From Welwitschia mirabilis (Eukaryota): a stretch of 35,811 bases of DNA. The stretch covers positions 11,133,067 to 11,168,877 of the forward strand of contig JBOZIK010000001.1 of assembly GCA_051453625.1 (NCBI GenBank). The letters run 5' to 3'. A program made the translations under genes and the position numbers. The notes beneath the pieces are model-generated. The model was not told the origin of the DNA. It saw only the letters and a list, made by a program, of their open reading frames with translations, and did no database searches. This document shows positions 32,254 through 35,811 of this stretch, piece after piece; the first letter of the stretch is position 1, and every line of letters starts with the position of its first letter.

Positions 32254-34032
32254 TATTCTTTGCTATAATTATATTTATCAAATATATGGAGACATGTCAT
32301 TTGTAACCATCTCCGAGGCCATCCAAGATATATGAAGAAGTTTCTTTAGAAAACTTAAAAAAAATGGTGCTAGATCTGTTTTATCTATCATATCATCATA
32401 GCTATAACTTTCTCATATAAAATACTTTTAAGAAGCTGCAAAATGTTTGGAATCCTTGTTTAACGAAAAAGCACTCAGAAATCTTTTCCTTTGGAGGTCA
32501 TTGAATAAGGGAGACAGGCCAAACTTTTTGTCAAAACCATTTTATCAGCATATCCTTTATACTCTTTTGATGTAGGTCTAATATCATTTAGGCTTGCTAG
32601 TTTAGAGTTTGGAATACAAAACTATTAAGTTCCACATCTTATGTATATATCACAGCTCACTTATCATACAATTGTTTGTTTTGAGCATTTTGTTAAAGCA
32701 AGAGCTGCTTTAAAATTTAAATAATCAGAAGTTAAAGAGAAAGTTTACTAAAACTCATGCGCCACACTTATATCTTACTTAGAAATGCTCTTTCTCCTGT
32801 TTGAATACATGAAAATCCTTAAAACTAATGAAAACTTCATGTTGTTCTAGGCTTGTTGCCTTCCTGAGTCTATCATCAAGTTTGTTGATTTTTGCTCAGT
32901 TTGGGTGGTGACTCTAAGTTTGATGAGCAAAATGAGTTTGCTACTATGGTTGTAACAGAAGGATGGAAAGATAAGATTCTGTTAATATTTTAGAACTTCT
33001 TTATATCAACATATGAAAAATGGTTTATGGTCAAAGATAGATGAATCAATGTGATAATTTTTAGGAGATAGGGTATCAGATTCCTATCTAGATAACTTGA
33101 AAATCCAACTAGAAAGAAATGTATTTGCACCTGCAGAAAGTATAGAACCAAAGAAAATGGGACCTTTGATAGGTTCTTCCCAGAGTCTTTTTGATTGATT
33201 ATTCTCTTACTTAGGCCAAAGGATTTCTGGCTATTCCTTTTACTTGCGTATAATGAAATTGAATTCTTGTCTTTATGTATAGAAGTTGTTTCTTTGTTTC
33301 TATGGTTCAAGTTATGTAATAATCTTACATTTCATACAAGACGTAGTTTGTACATTATCAAATTTTGTCCTGCATGACAGCACTTTCTATTGAATAGAAA
33401 GACACATATTTTTTAATTTCATACCACTGTTCTGTTTCTTGTTTTCTTGAGTATTAGGCTAAAAAGAATTTTAATTTGTTTCCCTCATTCTCTTTCCTTT
33501 ATGAGTGCATACATCCAACAAATTTGGTCCTCAGTGCTATGTTCAAATTATTTTGGCTACTTTTGGTTGCTACTCAATTTACATGACAACCTTTTCATTA
33601 CAGCATAATGTCTGTTAATTCTGTTTTGTGTACTGCCAGTGGCTTATTGGTGGATATGGTGCTTTCAAGTTATTATCTGCACATTGCAATTATTCCTTTG
33701 TTCAAAGCTCTTTATTATGTCGCCTCCGATCTTCTTGAGGAGAAGGCAATTGATTACTAAAAAGGAAATTCTCCATTATTGCTTTAATTTTTAGTTTACT
33801 TGTCCATACATTAAAAGTTGCGTTTTTTGATTTATTAAAGGTTTCTCTTACTGGGATGCTCTGGTTATCCAAAAAGAGATATCAGCTATAAACTTTCACA
33901 GCTGTGTGTCATCTTCCATTAAACAGTTCATACATGAATCAAGACTCTTATGTTTGTATCATCTAGAACCAATACCTGATTAAAATTTCAGAACTAGTAA
34001 CCATCTCACAATGAAAGAAATATTAATCTTTC

Positions 34033-34763
34033 NNNNNNNNNNNNNNNNNNNNNNNNNNNNNNNNNNNNNNNNNNNNNNNNNNNNNNNNNNNNNNNNNNNN
34101 NNNNNNNNNNNNNNNNNNNNNNNNNNNNNNNNNNNNNNNNNNNNNNNNNNNNNNNNNNNNNNNNNNNNNNNNNNNNNNNNNNNNNNNNNNNNNNNNNNNN
34201 NNNNNNNNNNNNNNNNNNNNNNNNNNNNNNNNNNNNNNNNNNNNNNNNNNNNNNNNNNNNNNNNNNNNNNNNNNNNNNNNNNNNNNNNNNNNNNNNNNNN
34301 NNNNNNNNNNNNNNNNNNNNNNNNNNNNNNNNNNNNNNNNNNNNNNNNNNNNNNNNNNNNNNNNNNNNNNNNNNNNNNNNNNNNNNNNNNNNNNNNNNNN
34401 NNNNNNNNNNNNNNNNNNNNNNNNNNNNNNNNNNNNNNNNNNNNNNNNNNNNNNNNNNNNNNNNNNNNNNNNNNNNNNNNNNNNNNNNNNNNNNNNNNNN
34501 NNNNNNNNNNNNNNNNNNNNNNNNNNNNNNNNNNNNNNNNNNNNNNNNNNNNNNNNNNNNNNNNNNNNNNNNNNNNNNNNNNNNNNNNNNNNNNNNNNNN
34601 NNNNNNNNNNNNNNNNNNNNNNNNNNNNNNNNNNNNNNNNNNNNNNNNNNNNNNNNNNNNNNNNNNNNNNNNNNNNNNNNNNNNNNNNNNNNNNNNNNNN
34701 NNNNNNNNNNNNNNNNNNNNNNNNNNNNNNNNNNNNNNNNNNNNNNNNNNNNNNNNNNNNNNN
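34033..34763. other. Assembly gap within the presumed intron 1
   Basis: N run; could conceal an exon. Confidence 1.
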
Positions 34764-35811
34764 AAAATGTAATCAATAGAAATAATATACTGCAGGATCA
34801 AGGATGGCCTGTGTTTTAAGTGTACAACTCTTCCTCCTTTAGATTTATTTTGTCTTTTGGATTGCTCTTGGGACAAACTCAGCAAAATATTGTTTATGAT
34901 ATAATGCTTATTCATATTGTTTTAATTCTTTTATTTTTTTCCCCTTGCATTTAATGCTCAAAATTTTCATGGTCAATGAACTGCTTTTGCCCCATGAGGT
35001 AGAAAGCCATATTGGCTCCCAAATAACATGTCTGGAAACAGAGCAGTCCTGTATTAATATCAGCCAAGAAGGCTACACAAGCATTAGCCACTAGGCAGTG
35101 CATGGCAACTCTTTCATGTAGAGTAGCAGGCAAGAATTTAGAATATTAACATAACCTCATAGAAACTATGCAGAGCAAACTATTTCACTTGTAAAGAAGG
35201 TATGTTTTGTTCTTTAGGAATGTTAGATATTAGAACACTAATGGTAGTATTTGACCAAATTCACTTCCCTAGCAATGGTGATGTAGCATTTCTTATTTAC
35301 TTCATGTGCTACGATTATTTGCTTCAGCATCATATCAATTTATATACGTGAATGTGAAATTCATCAGTATTCTATATTATGTGAAGTCTGAACCATACTT
35401 GTCAGATTAAGACCTGTCACCAAACTCAGAAGGCAGTCTGGACTGGGACTCACCATTCAAACTAGGCAAAACTTGGCACACTCGGTGCAAACTCGGGAAG
35501 GCCAAAAGAGTTTCGAATAACATGCATTTTCATTAGTTTTAAGGATTTTTATGTATTTAAACAGGACAAGGAGTATTTTGAAGTAAAATATAAATGTTGT
35601 GTAATCCAAAATCATAATTAACGCGTGATAAACACATTCACCAGTTTCAGTAATTGTTGTCTTCAGCTGTTGATTGTCTAAACTTTGAAGTATCAAGTGC
35701 TTTAATAAAATACTCAAAACAAGCATAAATCTTTTGTAGGACACAGTTTTGACCTAAATGCGTAGTAAGGCCCAAAACCTTCACAAGGATCTTTTAATGA
35801 CTCAACAGTAA

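Noticed and set aside
32990-33377. Short ORFs in the intron
   Set aside because: No recognisable motifs and no MINPP similarity.

Overview
AT-rich, CpG-depleted plant nuclear DNA with five assembly gaps. It is mostly nested, decayed retroelements, plus the first coding exon of one host gene. From left to right: a (CT)n/(AT)n microsatellite and an unidentified decayed coding remnant (1-1660); an old minus-strand Ty1/Copia remnant split by a full-length but degenerate Athila-like Ty3/Gypsy element (3334-15171; two LTRs, PBS, PPT, CCCAC/CCCAT TSD) and by two small SINE-type insertions; an apparently full-length minus-strand L1-type LINE (~18626-25834); and exon 1 of a MINPP1-like histidine acid phosphatase gene (27791-27915), followed by a long intron containing another Copia remnant. 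The most notable observation is a third ORF in the LINE that starts 2 nt after the ORF2 stop. It reads as a transposon-type N-terminal domain, a disordered linker and a C-terminal DnaJ/Hsp40 J-domain with an intact HPD motif. All translations and alignments were done by eye; no database searches were run.
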